A stretch of 32,983 nt of DNA from Gammaproteobacteria bacterium. Lineage in GTDB: Bacteria; Pseudomonadota; Gammaproteobacteria; SZUA-229. Location of the stretch: positions 1 to 32,983 of the forward strand of contig DROB01000121.1 of NCBI GenBank assembly GCA_011321985.1, in the 5' to 3' direction. Of the stretch, positions 8,842-19,806 are shown in pieces. Position 1 is the stretch's first letter. Each line of letters opens with the position of its first letter. Under the pieces are notes generated by a model. It worked only from the letters and a program-made list of their open reading frames with translations. It was not told the DNA's origin and searched no databases. A program made the position numbers and the translations under genes.

Positions 8842-8854
8842 ATCAGTCGCCCGG

Positions 8855-11242
8855 TCATGCACCCATCTCTGATGCGTTAATATCACGGTTGATGCCTTTA
8901 TGCGCCCATTGTCGCAGTCCATAGATAAGGCCGATCAGCAGTATGATTATGACACCTAACCATGATGCAGAAAACAGTGGATGTTGTGCATAGGTGCTGA
9001 TCTGGTAATAGCTGGTGGCCGTGATGTAAGCGATCGATGTCGTCCAGGCTGCGACGAACATGGCCCACCGTGTTCCCGCTTCACGGCGGATAGCACCGAT
9101 GGTTGCGACACAGGGAAAATACAGTAAGACAAACAGCAGATAGGCGAATGCTCCGGCCTGACCATCGAAGCGTTTTATCATGGCACCGAAAGTGGCATTA
9201 TTGACTGCCTGATTAGCTGCTGCGGCTTCGATCGAATCGATATCACCGACATCCAGTTGCAGGGGGTCAGTGAAGGCCTCACTGATGGCGGCAAGGTTTT
9301 CAGGCACGGTGGCGACAGCATCATCGATAGCCTGCCAGAAGTCATAAGCGGCTTCTGTTTCTACGTGACCTGCATCCTGCCTCGCCAGTTGCGTATAGAG
9401 TGTATCGAGTGTGCCGACGACGACTTCTTTTGCCAGCACGCCAGAGATAATGCCGAGCACGGCTGGCCAGTTATCCTCTTCGATGCCCATGGGGGCGAAT
9501 ACCGGTGTTGCGGTTTTACTGATGAGCGAGAGTACCGAGTCATTGGCATTTTCATCGGCGATGGAACCATCCGTGCCGATGGAATTGAGGACGTTGATGA
9601 CCAGTACCATCACTACGATAACCTGACCGGCATCTTTGATGAACAGGCGGACACGGTCCCAGGTACGCAGCATGATGCCTTTTAACGTCGGCATATGGTA
9701 AGGCGGTAATTCCATCATGAAACCACTGCTCTCACCTGACAATATCGTGCGTTTCATCAGCATGCCTGTAAGTACCGCGACGGTGATGCCGATGAGATAC
9801 AACAGGAACACCAGATTCTGTCCATTGCTCGGGAAGAAGGCGGCGACGAATAAGGCGTATACCGGCAGGCGCGCGCCGCAGGACATGAACGGGTTCATCA
9901 GGATGGTGAGTTTACGTTCACGTTCGTTTTCCAGCGTACGTGTCGCCATTATCGCAGGTACATTGCAACCGAAGCCGACGATCAAAGGCACAAAGGCTTT
10001 TCCGGGCAGGCCGATACTACGCATAAAGCGATCCATGACAAAGGCTGCGCGAGCCATATAACCACTGTCTTCGACGGCAGACAGGAACAGATACAGGGCG
10101 GTAATGATGGGGATGAATGTCGCCACTATCTGTATCCCGCCACCGAGGCCGTTGGCGAGGATGATGCGTAAAAAATCCGGTAAGCCGATACCGGTCAGGA
10201 TCTCAGAGAGGCCGTCGACAAAGATAGCCCCGGCGATGCCATCGAAAAAATCGACGAAGGCACCACCGAAGTTGATGGTGAACATGAACATCAGGTACAT
10301 CACCAGCAGGAAAAACGGCACACCAAAAATCTTGCTCAGTACGAAGTTGTCGATCTTGTCTGTGATGGTCTTGCCGATCTTGCCTTTTTCATTGATCACG
10401 GATTGCGCCAGTGCGTGGGCGTGATTGAAGCGGCTGTCAGCGATATGGATATCGGCTTCTTCGCCGGCGCGCTCTTCGATGGTATCTTTCCACTTCGTTA
10501 CTTCATCGAGTACCGAAGCGCCACATTGTTCTTTTGCATTGTCGTCGCTTTCCAGTAGTTTAAGTGCCAGCCAGTGCAGGTTGTCTTTCGCTGCGATACT
10601 GCATTTTTCCAGACGCGGGATAAGATCAGTAATGGCCTGTTCGACCACCTCATCGTGCGCCAGGCGGAAGCCACCACTGTGTGCTCCCGAGGTGATGTCG
10701 AGGATCTCCTGTTTTAGTTCATCCATGCCTTCACCGGTAATGGCCACCACCGGCACCACCGGACAGCCCAGCTCCTGTGACAGTTTTTTCATGTCGATAT
10801 CGATGCCGCGTTTGCGGGCGACATCCATCATGTTTAATACCAGCACGATGGGTACATTCATCTCGAGTAACTGTGCGGTGAGATAGAGGTTACGTTCCAG
10901 GTTAGCCGCATCGACCACATTGATGATCAGGTTGGCTTCACGCGTTAATAGATAATCGCGGGTAACCTCTTCATCGATGGAACTGGCATCCAGCGAATAG
11001 ATACCGGGCAGGTCAAAAACGGTTACCGTATGGTTCTGCAGGTCGAAAAAGCCCTGTTTACGATCGACCGTGACACCCGGCCAGTTACCGGTTTTCTGGC
11101 GGATACCGGTAAAGGTATTGAACAGTGCCGATTTTCCACAGTTGGGGTTGCCTGCTATGGCTATCGTGAGTGAACTGAGGTCAGATCTGTCTTTTCCTTT
11201 AGAGCCCGGTTTGTTAGAGTCGTCACAGCAGCCCATCATCAA
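8855..11242 (-). CDS. feoB: Ferrous iron transporter FeoB (N-terminal G-domain plus polytopic permease)
   Basis: 795 aa. The G1 motif is AGNPNCGKSALFN, with DLPG also present, followed by a long hydrophobic permease region. The start overlaps the feoA stop (ATGA). Confidence 0.95.
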   Translation of the reverse strand: MMMGCCDDSNKPGSKGKDRSDLSSLTIAIAGNPNCGKSALFNTFTGIRQKTGNWPGVTVDRKQGFFDLQNHTVTVFDLPGIYSLDASSIDEEVTRDYLLTREANLIINVVDAANLERNLYLTAQLLEMNVPIVLVLNMMDVARKRGIDIDMKKLSQELGCPVVPVVAITGEGMDELKQEILDITSGAHSGGFRLAHDEVVEQAITDLIPRLEKCSIAAKDNLHWLALKLLESDDNAKEQCGASVLDEVTKWKDTIEERAGEEADIHIADSRFNHAHALAQSVINEKGKIGKTITDKIDNFVLSKIFGVPFFLLVMYLMFMFTINFGGAFVDFFDGIAGAIFVDGLSEILTGIGLPDFLRIILANGLGGGIQIVATFIPIITALYLFLSAVEDSGYMARAAFVMDRFMRSIGLPGKAFVPLIVGFGCNVPAIMATRTLENERERKLTILMNPFMSCGARLPVYALFVAAFFPSNGQNLVFLLYLIGITVAVLTGMLMKRTILSGESSGFMMELPPYHMPTLKGIMLRTWDRVRLFIKDAGQVIVVMVLVINVLNSIGTDGSIADENANDSVLSLISKTATPVFAPMGIEEDNWPAVLGIISGVLAKEVVVGTLDTLYTQLARQDAGHVETEAAYDFWQAIDDAVATVPENLAAISEAFTDPLQLDVGDIDSIEAAAANQAVNNATFGAMIKRFDGQAGAFAYLLFVLLYFPCVATIGAIRREAGTRWAMFVAAWTTSIAYITATSYYQISTYAQHPLFSASWLGVIIILLIGLIYGLRQWAHKGINRDINASEMGA

Positions 11243-11484
11243 TCTTCCAGTGGTTCAACCAATAGTTTTTCTGCCATACCCGGTCCCAGGGCCACGCGAG
11301 TTCCTTTGTTCTGTATGACGACGCTTTTACCACGATGATTGAGCATATTAACAACAGTGCCGACACGCAGGCCAAGCGAAAGCATACGTCTGACCATCTG
11401 TTTGCCACCTTCGATCGAAGAGATACGTGCACGATGGCCCTTCTGTAGTTTCAGCAGGCTGGTTGTGGTTGCAGGATCGGACAT
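11239..11484 (-). CDS. feoA: FeoA (small SH3-like ferrous iron transport protein)
   Basis: 81 aa. LLKLQKGHRARISSIEGG...MLSLGLRVGTVVNML...VVIQNKGTRVALGPGMAEKLLVEP is the typical FeoA pattern. The gene is 4-nt coupled to feoB. Confidence 0.9.
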   Translation of the reverse strand: MSDPATTTSLLKLQKGHRARISSIEGGKQMVRRMLSLGLRVGTVVNMLNHRGKSVVIQNKGTRVALGPGMAEKLLVEPLED

Positions 11485-11534
11485 GACGGATAAGCGATAA
11501 CTAAATTATTCAGTTGTATGTTTATATCGATAAA

Positions 11535-11553
11535 GAGAATCGTTCTCATTCTT
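11535..11553 (-). promoter_or_regulatory. Candidate Fur box upstream of feoABC
   Basis: Minus-strand AAGAATGAGAACGATTCTC matches the 19-bp Fur consensus GATAATGATAATCATTATC at 13 of 19 positions (hand count). It lies 51-69 nt upstream of the feoA ATG. A second partial ATGATAAT-type site is at 11565-11572. Confidence 0.45.
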
Positions 11554-11734
11554 AATTGCGTTTATGATAATCCTATAGCAAAAAGAATGCAAGAAGCCCA
11601 AAGAGGGTATATAACGAAACCCTTCTGAGACAGGGTGGACTGGTTCTAATATCTTGTTTTAATTGCATTAATCTTTGTCGCGTTACGGCAAAAATCGCCT
11701 GACACAACCTACTCCTGTAATGTCGTTAACAAAT

Positions 11735-11764
11735 CTGTGCTTTTCTCTGCGTCTCTGCGGTTAA
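11735..11764 (-). repeat. Copy of the dispersed CCGCAGAG-type repeat
   Basis: The reverse complement is ttaaccgcagagacgcagagaaaagcacag. The palindrome gcggttaaccgc plus tttt follows at 11757-11772. Confidence 0.5.
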
Positions 11765-11939
11765 CCGCTTTTAATCTTTCAACGTCAGCTTTGTGTCGAC
11801 TAGAGCCATCGATGGCCGATGAAATTAAATAAAGCCAGAAGCCACTGAACATTATGCGATATAGTTGGTCTTTGATCGTTCTGTTTACCACGATTCAGGG
11901 ATAGGCCGGATGCAGGGTGATGGCAAACCGATAAAAAAC

Positions 11940-12587
11940 ATGAATACACATAAAGGTTACTCACTGCTGGAAGAACGAATTAATATTTCTTCGCATGTGA
12001 TCGGTCTGTTGTTGAGCATCGTGGCGCTGGTGTTTCTGGTCATACGCGCGACAGCCAGTGGTGAGCTGGTGAACATCATTAGTTTTACGGTGTTCGGTAT
12101 GAGCTTGATCGCCCTGTACGCTGCCTCGACCATCTACCATAGTGCTCCTGTGAGCGAACGCAGAAACCGGTTGCGAATAGTCGATCATGCGGCTATCTAC
12201 GTCCTTATCGCAGGCTCCTACACCCCTTTTACATTGATAACATTAGAGGGTTTGACAGGATGGCTGTTGTTCGGTATTGCCTGGGGTATGGCTCTGACAG
12301 GGATCATATTAAAGATATTTTTTACCGGAAGATATGACCTGATCTCGACCCTCATGTATGTATTCATGGGCTGGATCATCATTTTTGCGATAAATCCATT
12401 GATGGAAAACTTATCTCCCGACGGTCTGTCCTGGCTCGTTGCGGGGGGCGTTGCTTATACTGTCGGTGCTATTTTATACGGTATCGATAAGATGAAATTT
12501 AACCATGCTATCTTCCATGTATTCGTATTACTGGGGAGTTTCTGCCATTTCATGGCGGTGTACTTTTATGTTTTGCCTGCTGAATAA
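11940..12587 (+). CDS. Hemolysin III / PAQR-family 7-TM protein
   Basis: All three PAQR motifs are present: EERINISSH (E-x2-N-x3-H), STIYH (S-x3-H) with VDHAAIY, and HAIFH (H-x3-H). There are seven hydrophobic segments. I placed the start at ATG 11940. The track ORF opens at TTG 11865. Confidence 0.85.
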   Translation: MNTHKGYSLLEERINISSHVIGLLLSIVALVFLVIRATASGELVNIISFTVFGMSLIALYAASTIYHSAPVSERRNRLRIVDHAAIYVLIAGSYTPFTLITLEGLTGWLLFGIAWGMALTGIILKIFFTGRYDLISTLMYVFMGWIIIFAINPLMENLSPDGLSWLVAGGVAYTVGAILYGIDKMKFNHAIFHVFVLLGSFCHFMAVYFYVLPAE

Positions 12588-12990
12588 GTTAATACCCGGT
12601 CATCGGCTTGCGGTATCTGTTTTTGCCTTCATTCCGGCGTTGCTATACGCCAGCGAATTGAAGCCGTTTACGAGTGATGGATGCAGTGCCTTTCCTGATG
12701 GTACACTGGCACAGAGGCAACTATGGTTAGATTGCTGTACCGAGCATGATCGTGCTTACTGGAAAGGGGGAACCTACGAAGAGAGGCTGGATGCGGACAG
12801 GCAGTTGAGGGCATGTGTGGCCAGGGTAGGTGAACCTGAAGTCGCACTATTGATGCTGGCAGGGGTCAGGGTTGGTGGTACACCGTATCTCCCTACGGCA
12901 TTTCGATGGGGTTATGGCTGGTCATATCCTCGTTTTTATGGCCCCCTTGATCAGGAAGAATTAAGCATGGTAAAAAAGCTATCAAAATAA
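12568..12990 (+). CDS. Secreted small Cys-containing protein with a phospholipase-A2-like CCxxHDxxY motif
   Basis: The signal peptide is MFCLLNKLIPGHRLAVSVFAFIPALLYA-SE. The mature part contains DGCSAFPDG, LDCCTEHDRAYWKGG and LRAC (4 Cys). Start ATG 12568 overlaps the hlyIII-like gene by 20 nt. Assignment is at motif level only. Confidence 0.5.
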   Translation: MFCLLNKLIPGHRLAVSVFAFIPALLYASELKPFTSDGCSAFPDGTLAQRQLWLDCCTEHDRAYWKGGTYEERLDADRQLRACVARVGEPEVALLMLAGVRVGGTPYLPTAFRWGYGWSYPRFYGPLDQEELSMVKKLSK

Positions 12991-13008
12991 CGTGAGGATT
13001 ATAAGAAT

Positions 13009-13425
13009 ATGTTGATGCACATGTTGAAAGCAGGCAATGTTTTTATTGCGGGTATCTTCCTTCTCTTTATCACAGGCTCAGCACTGGCGAATGAGGTAGA
13101 GATCATTGGTGTTGATCTTGATAAAACAGCGGATGATAAATGGTCGGTTAACGTAACCCTGCAACATACGGATACTGGCTGGGATCACTATGCAGACAAC
13201 TGGCGGGTCGTCGATGAAAAAGGCAAGGTGCTGGGAGATCGTGTGTTACACCATCCGCATGTGGGTGAGCAGCCTTTTACCCGTGGGTTAAGCGCAGTGA
13301 CTATTCCCGCGGATAACCACATCGTTTATATCGAGGCGCATGACAAAGTACATGGCTGGTCACCCGTCCGCCTGAGAGTCGATATGGCGAAGGCTGTCGA
13401 TGGAAAGTTACGTATCCGGCCCTGA
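13009..13425 (+). CDS. Secreted His-rich hypothetical protein
   Basis: The signal peptide ends ...ITGSALA-NE. The mature part is about 110 aa and carries HTDTGWDHY, LHHPHVGEQPFTR and EAHDKVHGW. GAGGA lies 10 nt before the ATG. Confidence 0.6.
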   Translation: MLMHMLKAGNVFIAGIFLLFITGSALANEVEIIGVDLDKTADDKWSVNVTLQHTDTGWDHYADNWRVVDEKGKVLGDRVLHHPHVGEQPFTRGLSAVTIPADNHIVYIEAHDKVHGWSPVRLRVDMAKAVDGKLRIRP

Positions 13426-13502
13426 GGGAATATACCTGAATCGTCGTCATGCGATCTTAAGGGCGCAGTCAATCAATAGAGCTACCCTTAACAGAGGTAC
13501 CG

Positions 13503-13994
13503 TTAGAATTGATAGGGTTTATTAATACCGAATTTTCTGCGCAGGTCTCTTAATATCAGGTATGTCCATGGCCACAACAGGGTGCTGGTGAGGGTGGGCA
13601 TGAAGTATAAGCCGCTGTCGGGTGCACGGCCCAGCATACCATCGACCCACAGGATGAGTAGTTGTTTCAATAACAGCAGGAAAAAGATAACGATGGCCTG
13701 TTGCAATAGTGAAGCAACACGTAAACGCTGATGCTGCACGTGGATAACATAGATGACCAGTACCAGCCCCACTGCATGTTGCCCCATCAATGTGCCGTAA
13801 CTCACGTCCAGCAATAACCCGGCGATCCATGCCATGGTGACACCCACCTTTGAAGGTAATGCCATAGCCCAGTAGATTAATACCAGCGTAACCCAGTCGG
13901 GGCGGAACTCGGCCGCCCACTCGGGTAATGGCATGATGGCGAGCATGAAGGCGGCGATGACGGTGAAGATACCGATGCGAAGTGTTTTATTCAT
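13503..13994 (-). CDS. mreD: Rod shape-determining protein MreD
   Basis: Hydrophobic protein of about 163 aa. PLPEWAAEFRPDWVTLVLIYWAMALP...GLLLDVSYGTLMGQHA is the typical MreD pattern. The gene overlaps the end of mreC. Confidence 0.85.
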   Translation of the reverse strand: MNKTLRIGIFTVIAAFMLAIMPLPEWAAEFRPDWVTLVLIYWAMALPSKVGVTMAWIAGLLLDVSYGTLMGQHAVGLVLVIYVIHVQHQRLRVASLLQQAIVIFFLLLLKQLLILWVDGMLGRAPDSGLYFMPTLTSTLLWPWTYLILRDLRRKFGINKPYQF

Positions 13995-14928
13995 CGCTAT
14001 CACTCTGTACCGGGGCTTTTTTATCGTCGCCTGTTGTCGTTTTTAACTTTTTGTTATCCGTGCTCTTTTTATCCGGTTCAGAAGTATTCTGTTTCGACTT
14101 TTTCTCAGGATTATTTCGCCAGACCAGCAGGACTTCCCGGGTTTTATCCAGCTGGGCGAGGGGCTCTGCTTCGACATGCGCAAAAGGCTCACCGGCAGGG
14201 CGTTCGACTTTTGTGATACGAGCTACGGGGTAATTGGGAGGGAAAACGCCGCCGAGGCCTGAGGTGATCAAGGTATCACCCACCCTGATATCCACATTGT
14301 GTGTCAGGTGGCGCAGGTCGAGCTGACTGATCTTGCCGGTGCCGAAGGCGTTGGCACGTAATCCGGTGCGGTCTATCTGGACAGGCAGGGCATGGCTGGC
14401 ATCGGTGATCAGCATCGCCGTCGAGGATAATGGGCCAACATGGATGACCTGCCCCATGATGCCCTGTGCGTCGATGATGGGCTGGCCCTGATAAACCTCG
14501 TTGTTGCTGCCCTTGTTTAGCAGGATCAACTGCCGGAAAGGATCGACATCGACATTGATGATCTCTGCGATGAGTAGGCGCTCGGTAATCTTTGGTGTCG
14601 CGCTCAGCAGCTTACGCAGACGAGCATTTTCTTTTTCTATGATATCCAGTTTTTGCAGTTGTACCCGATTTTCCAGGTGGCGGGCTTCGAATTCACGGTT
14701 TTTTTCCAGCAGGGCTTCCTGGGAACTGAAGACTTCCTCTGACCAGTAATAGAGTCGGATGGGCAGGTCGATAGTGTATTGTAGAGGGTATATAACGCTG
14801 GAGAGTGCGCTGCGCGCCAGTTCCAGCGAGTGCCATCGGTGGTCTGCTGTCATCAGCGCGATGGAGGCGATAAGCAGCACCACCATGCGGAAGGTCGCTG
14901 AAGGGCCACGTGAGAAGAGCGGTTGCAT
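13987..14928 (-). CDS. mreC: Rod shape-determining protein MreC
   Basis: N-terminal TM segment, a coiled-coil (LLEKNREFEARHLENRVQLQKLDIIEKENARLRKLL), and beta-barrel domains with GDTLITSGLGGVFPPNYPVA. It sits between mreB and mreD. Confidence 0.9.
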   Translation of the reverse strand: MQPLFSRGPSATFRMVVLLIASIALMTADHRWHSLELARSALSSVIYPLQYTIDLPIRLYYWSEEVFSSQEALLEKNREFEARHLENRVQLQKLDIIEKENARLRKLLSATPKITERLLIAEIINVDVDPFRQLILLNKGSNNEVYQGQPIIDAQGIMGQVIHVGPLSSTAMLITDASHALPVQIDRTGLRANAFGTGKISQLDLRHLTHNVDIRVGDTLITSGLGGVFPPNYPVARITKVERPAGEPFAHVEAEPLAQLDKTREVLLVWRNNPEKKSKQNTSEPDKKSTDNKKLKTTTGDDKKAPVQSDSDE

Positions 14929-15017
14929 GTCCTATTTATCCGAACAGTAGGTGATGGTAGCGAGGTACCGGGTGAAGGGTGCGAGCAGGAGTGCGCTATT
15001 ATCACCACTCATAATAA

Positions 15018-16082
<1,065 letters not shown>

Positions 16083-16467
16083 TTAATGTGTTCTTTAAGA
16101 TGCTTTCATAGAAATCTACCGGACCTTAATGTCGGGTATGGAAATCTGTGATCTGAGAGCCCTTGTTTATTGTTGGTTTATTATTGTTTACTGATAATAG
16201 ATTTTTTTAGCAGAATTACCACGATTATCGGCTTAATTGACCGTGTCAGCTGGCGCGTACTGTAGCAATCAGGCTGCATTTGGGCAAGGTTTATTGTCTT
16301 TAGTTGCTGCAGATATACCAATTATTAGTAAAAAAGAGTGAAATCTACACTATCCGGCCTTTTATGGAGGGTTTGAGTAGAGCAATTGGTCAGAATGTGC
16401 TATTTTTCCGCCTCGATTTATCGGTTATACCGCCGGCTTTACCGGTGTTCAATTACGGGAGTAATCC

Positions 16468-16755
16468 ATGTCGATCGATGTTGATGAAGTTAAAAAAATA
16501 GCCCGGCTGGCCTGTTTGAATATTGATGAGACAGACATGCCGTCATATGCGACTAATCTGTCCAATATCCTGGATCTGGTGGCACAGATGAACGCGGTCG
16601 ATACCACCGGCGTAACACCGATGTCGCATCCTTTCGATGCCGTGCAGCGACTACGTGAGGATGAGGTCACCGATTTTGATCGTCGTGAAGATTTTCAGGC
16701 GATCGCCCCCATGACCGAAGACGGCCTGTACCTTGTTCCCAAGGTACTCGACTGA
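16468..16755 (+). CDS. gatC: Glu/Asp-tRNA amidotransferase subunit C
   Basis: 95 aa. VKKIARLACLNIDETDMPSYATNLSNILDLVAQMNAVDTTGV matches GatC. GGGAG SD is present, and gatA and gatB follow. Confidence 0.9.
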   Translation: MSIDVDEVKKIARLACLNIDETDMPSYATNLSNILDLVAQMNAVDTTGVTPMSHPFDAVQRLREDEVTDFDRREDFQAIAPMTEDGLYLVPKVLD

Positions 16756-16803
16756 CTACAGCTGTAACTTTAACGATTAGCCATTGCTATTGAGCCAAGT
16801 CTT

Positions 16804-18276
16804 ATGAGTATGTACCACACAAAAACCGTGACTGAACTTTCCGCCATGTTGCAGGCGGGCGAAGTCAGCAGTGTCGAACTAACCCGGTATTTTCTCGATC
16901 GCATAAAGAATAGCGACGATAAATTAAACAGTTTTATCACTGTCTGTGAAGAGCAGGCGCTGGCACAGGCAAGAGAGTCGGATGAAAAATTAAAAGCCGG
17001 TAACGCTCCTGCCCTGACCGGTGTTCCTGTAGCTCATAAAGATATTTTTTGTACCGATGGTGTGAAGACCAGTTGCGGTTCGAAGATGCTGGATAATTTT
17101 ATCTCGCCGTATGATGCAACCGTGATAACGAATATGCGCAAAGCCGGTGTCGTCATGCTGGGTAAGACCAATATGGATGAATTTGCGATGGGCTCATCGA
17201 ACGAGACCAGCTATTACGGTGCAGTCAAAAACCCCTGGAATCTGAAAGCGGTACCGGGTGGTTCCTCGGGCGGTTCAGCCTCTGCTGTTGCAGCACGGTT
17301 AGCTCCCGCATCGACCGGCACCGATACCGGTGGCTCTATCCGGCAACCCGCGGCATTCTGTGGCATTACCGGATTAAAACCGACTTACGGGCGTGTATCA
17401 CGATTTGGCATGATCGCTTTTGCTTCAAGCCTGGATCAGGCCGGGCCGATGGGGCAGAGTGCCAGCGACTGTGCGCTATTATTAAATGCCATGGCCGGGT
17501 TCGATGAAAAAGACTCTACCAGTATCGAAAAATCGGTACCGGATTATTCCGCCGATCTGGATGAACCATTGGCAGGTTTAAAAATTGGTCTGCCCAAAGA
17601 ATACTTCGATCATAAAGAAGGTGGTATGAACGCAGATGTCGAAGCTACTGTTAAAACCGCGCTGGAACAATATAAATCGATGGGTGCGGAGTTGATCGAG
17701 ATCGAGTTGCCTAACAGTAATCTGTCTGTCCCGGTCTATTATGTGGTTGCACCGGCAGAGTGTTCTGCAAACTTGTCGCGTTTCGACGGTGTGCGTTATG
17801 GTTATCGTTGTGAAGACCCGAAAGATCTGAACGATCTGTATACACGTTCACGTGGTGAAGGGTTTGGTGCCGAAGTCCAGCGTCGTATCATGGTGGGGGC
17901 GTATGCACTGTCATCCGGTTATTACGATGCGTATTACCTGAAAGCGCAGCAACTGCGCCACCTGATCAGCGATGATTTCAAAAAAGCGTATGAGAAAGTG
18001 GATGTCATCATGGCCCCGGTGACTCCGGAGACCGCGTTTAATATCGGTGAGAAAACCGACGATCCTATCTCGATGTATCTATCAGATATTTTCACCATCG
18101 CGGTTAACCTCGCGGGTATTCCTGCCATGTCTATCCCCGTGGGTTTCGTAGAAGGTATGCCTGTGGGTATGCAGATAATGGGCAATTATTTCGAAGAAGC
18201 TAAATTACTCAATGTAGCACATCAGTATCAACAGCAGACCGACTGGCACAAACAGATGCCTGAGGAGTTCAAGTAA
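16804..18276 (+). CDS. gatA: Glu/Asp-tRNA amidotransferase subunit A (amidase signature family)
   Basis: 490 aa. Motifs KDIFCT..., the amidase signature [13 protein letters not shown], and [16 protein letters not shown] are present. Confidence 0.95.
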   Translation: MSMYHTKTVTELSAMLQAGEVSSVELTRYFLDRIKNSDDKLNSFITVCEEQALAQARESDEKLKAGNAPALTGVPVAHKDIFCTDGVKTSCGSKMLDNFISPYDATVITNMRKAGVVMLGKTNMDEFAMGSSNETSYYGAVKNPWNLKAVPGGSSGGSASAVAARLAPASTGTDTGGSIRQPAAFCGITGLKPTYGRVSRFGMIAFASSLDQAGPMGQSASDCALLLNAMAGFDEKDSTSIEKSVPDYSADLDEPLAGLKIGLPKEYFDHKEGGMNADVEATVKTALEQYKSMGAELIEIELPNSNLSVPVYYVVAPAECSANLSRFDGVRYGYRCEDPKDLNDLYTRSRGEGFGAEVQRRIMVGAYALSSGYYDAYYLKAQQLRHLISDDFKKAYEKVDVIMAPVTPETAFNIGEKTDDPISMYLSDIFTIAVNLAGIPAMSIPVGFVEGMPVGMQIMGNYFEEAKLLNVAHQYQQQTDWHKQMPEEFK

Positions 18277-19733
18277 TGTCTAGCGCGATGAATTCTGAGT
18301 GGGGGAAATGGGAGGTCGTCATCGGTCTGGAGATACATGCCCAGCTGGCCACCCGATCAAAAATATTCTCGGGCGCGAGTACCGCTTACGGTGCTGAGCC
18401 AAATACACAGACCAGTGTCGTCGATATCGCCCTGCCTGGTGTGTTACCTGTTTTGAATAAGGAAGCGGTGCACATGGCGGTAAAGTTTGGCATGGCGATC
18501 GATGCTGAAGTGGCAGACCGCTCGGTGTTCGCGCGCAAGAACTATTTTTACCCTGATCTTCCCAAGGGCTATCAGATCTCGCAGTTTGATCTGCCGATCG
18601 TCGGTCTGGGGTCTATCGATATCGAGCTGGAAAATGGCGATAAAAAGACCATCGGTGTCACCCGTGCGCATCTGGAGGAAGATGCCGGTAAGTCACTACA
18701 TGAAGATTATGCGGGCATGACAGGTATCGATCTGAACCGTGCAGGCACCCCGTTACTGGAGATCGTCTCCGAGCCGGATATGCGCAGTGCCAAAGAAGCC
18801 GTCGCCTACATGAAAAAAATCCATACCCTGGTACAGTACATCGGTATCTGTGATGGCAATATGCAGGAAGGTTCTTTCCGTTGTGATGCTAACGTTTCGG
18901 TCCGTCCTGCAGGTCAGGAAGAATACGGTACCCGTGCAGAATTAAAGAATATCAATTCATTCCGCTTCGTCGAACGTGCGATCAATATCGAAGTCGAACG
19001 TCAGATTGATCTGATCGAAGACGGTGGCGAAGTGGTACAGGAGACCCGTCTCTATGACTCGGTCAAGAATGAAACGCGCTCCATGCGTAGTAAGGAAGAG
19101 GCCAATGATTATCGCTACTTCCCTGACCCCGATCTGTTGCCGGTGATGATCACCGAAGAATATCGCCAGCAGGTGCGTGCGGAATTACCGGAGCTGCCCG
19201 AACAGAAACAACAGCGTTATATTGATGAGCTGAGCCTGTCGGCTTACGATGCCGGTGTCATAACGGCTTCGCTCGCGCTATCGAGTTATTTCGATACGGT
19301 GGCAGAGAAGACCGGTGATGCAAAATTATCGGCTAACTGGATCACCGGTGAGTTATCCGCAAGGTTGAACCGGGAAGAGATCGAGATCGATAAAGCACCG
19401 GTCGATGCAGAGGCTTTCGCTCAGCTACTGTCTCGTATCAGTGATAATACTATCTCAGGAAAGATCGCCAAAGATGTGCTGGATGCGATGTGGGAGGGTG
19501 AAGGCAGTGCCGATGATGTCATCGAGAGCAAGGGCCTGAAGCAGATCACGGATACCGGTGCCATCGAAGCCTTTGTCGATGAAGTGATCGCCAATAACCC
19601 GTCACAGTTCGAAGAATTAAAAGGCGGCAAAGACAAGATGATGGGTTTCTTTGTCGGCCAGGTGATGAAGATGTCGAAAGGTAAAGCGAATCCGGCGCAG
19701 GTCAATGAGCTTATCCGCAGTAAGATGAAATGA
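18276..19733 (+). CDS. gatB: Glu/Asp-tRNA amidotransferase subunit B
   Basis: 485 aa. [39 protein letters not shown] and a C-terminal YqeY-like tail are present. The start overlaps the gatA stop (TAATG). Confidence 0.95.
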   Translation: MSSAMNSEWGKWEVVIGLEIHAQLATRSKIFSGASTAYGAEPNTQTSVVDIALPGVLPVLNKEAVHMAVKFGMAIDAEVADRSVFARKNYFYPDLPKGYQISQFDLPIVGLGSIDIELENGDKKTIGVTRAHLEEDAGKSLHEDYAGMTGIDLNRAGTPLLEIVSEPDMRSAKEAVAYMKKIHTLVQYIGICDGNMQEGSFRCDANVSVRPAGQEEYGTRAELKNINSFRFVERAINIEVERQIDLIEDGGEVVQETRLYDSVKNETRSMRSKEEANDYRYFPDPDLLPVMITEEYRQQVRAELPELPEQKQQRYIDELSLSAYDAGVITASLALSSYFDTVAEKTGDAKLSANWITGELSARLNREEIEIDKAPVDAEAFAQLLSRISDNTISGKIAKDVLDAMWEGEGSADDVIESKGLKQITDTGAIEAFVDEVIANNPSQFEELKGGKDKMMGFFVGQVMKMSKGKANPAQVNELIRSKMK

Positions 19734-19745
19734 AAAATTGTTTCC

Positions 19746-19774
19746 CTCTGCGTCTCCGTGCTTCTGTGGTTCAA
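19746..19774 (-). repeat. Copy of the dispersed CCGCAGAG-type repeat (gatB-cyaY spacer)
   Basis: The reverse complement is ttgaaccacagaagcacggagacgcagag. Confidence 0.45.
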
Positions 19775-19806
19775 ACTGTTGCTAGGCAGCTTTTAAGGTT
19801 TTTAAA

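Noticed and set aside
9257-10886. Several 70-150-aa ORFs antisense to or out of frame with feoB. Similar cases: 15463-16071 (202 aa, antisense to mreB), 6617-6970, 13522-13920, 24663-24893, 26721-27223 and 31843-32201.
   Set aside because: All lie entirely inside much longer ORFs that have clear family-level homology. Their translations are low-complexity (R/S/P/A-rich) with no recognisable motifs. These are typical shadow ORFs.
11709-11891. 60-aa ORF between feoA and the hlyIII-like gene.
   Set aside because: It spans the dispersed repeat copy at 11735-11764. It lacks an SD and has no recognisable domain.
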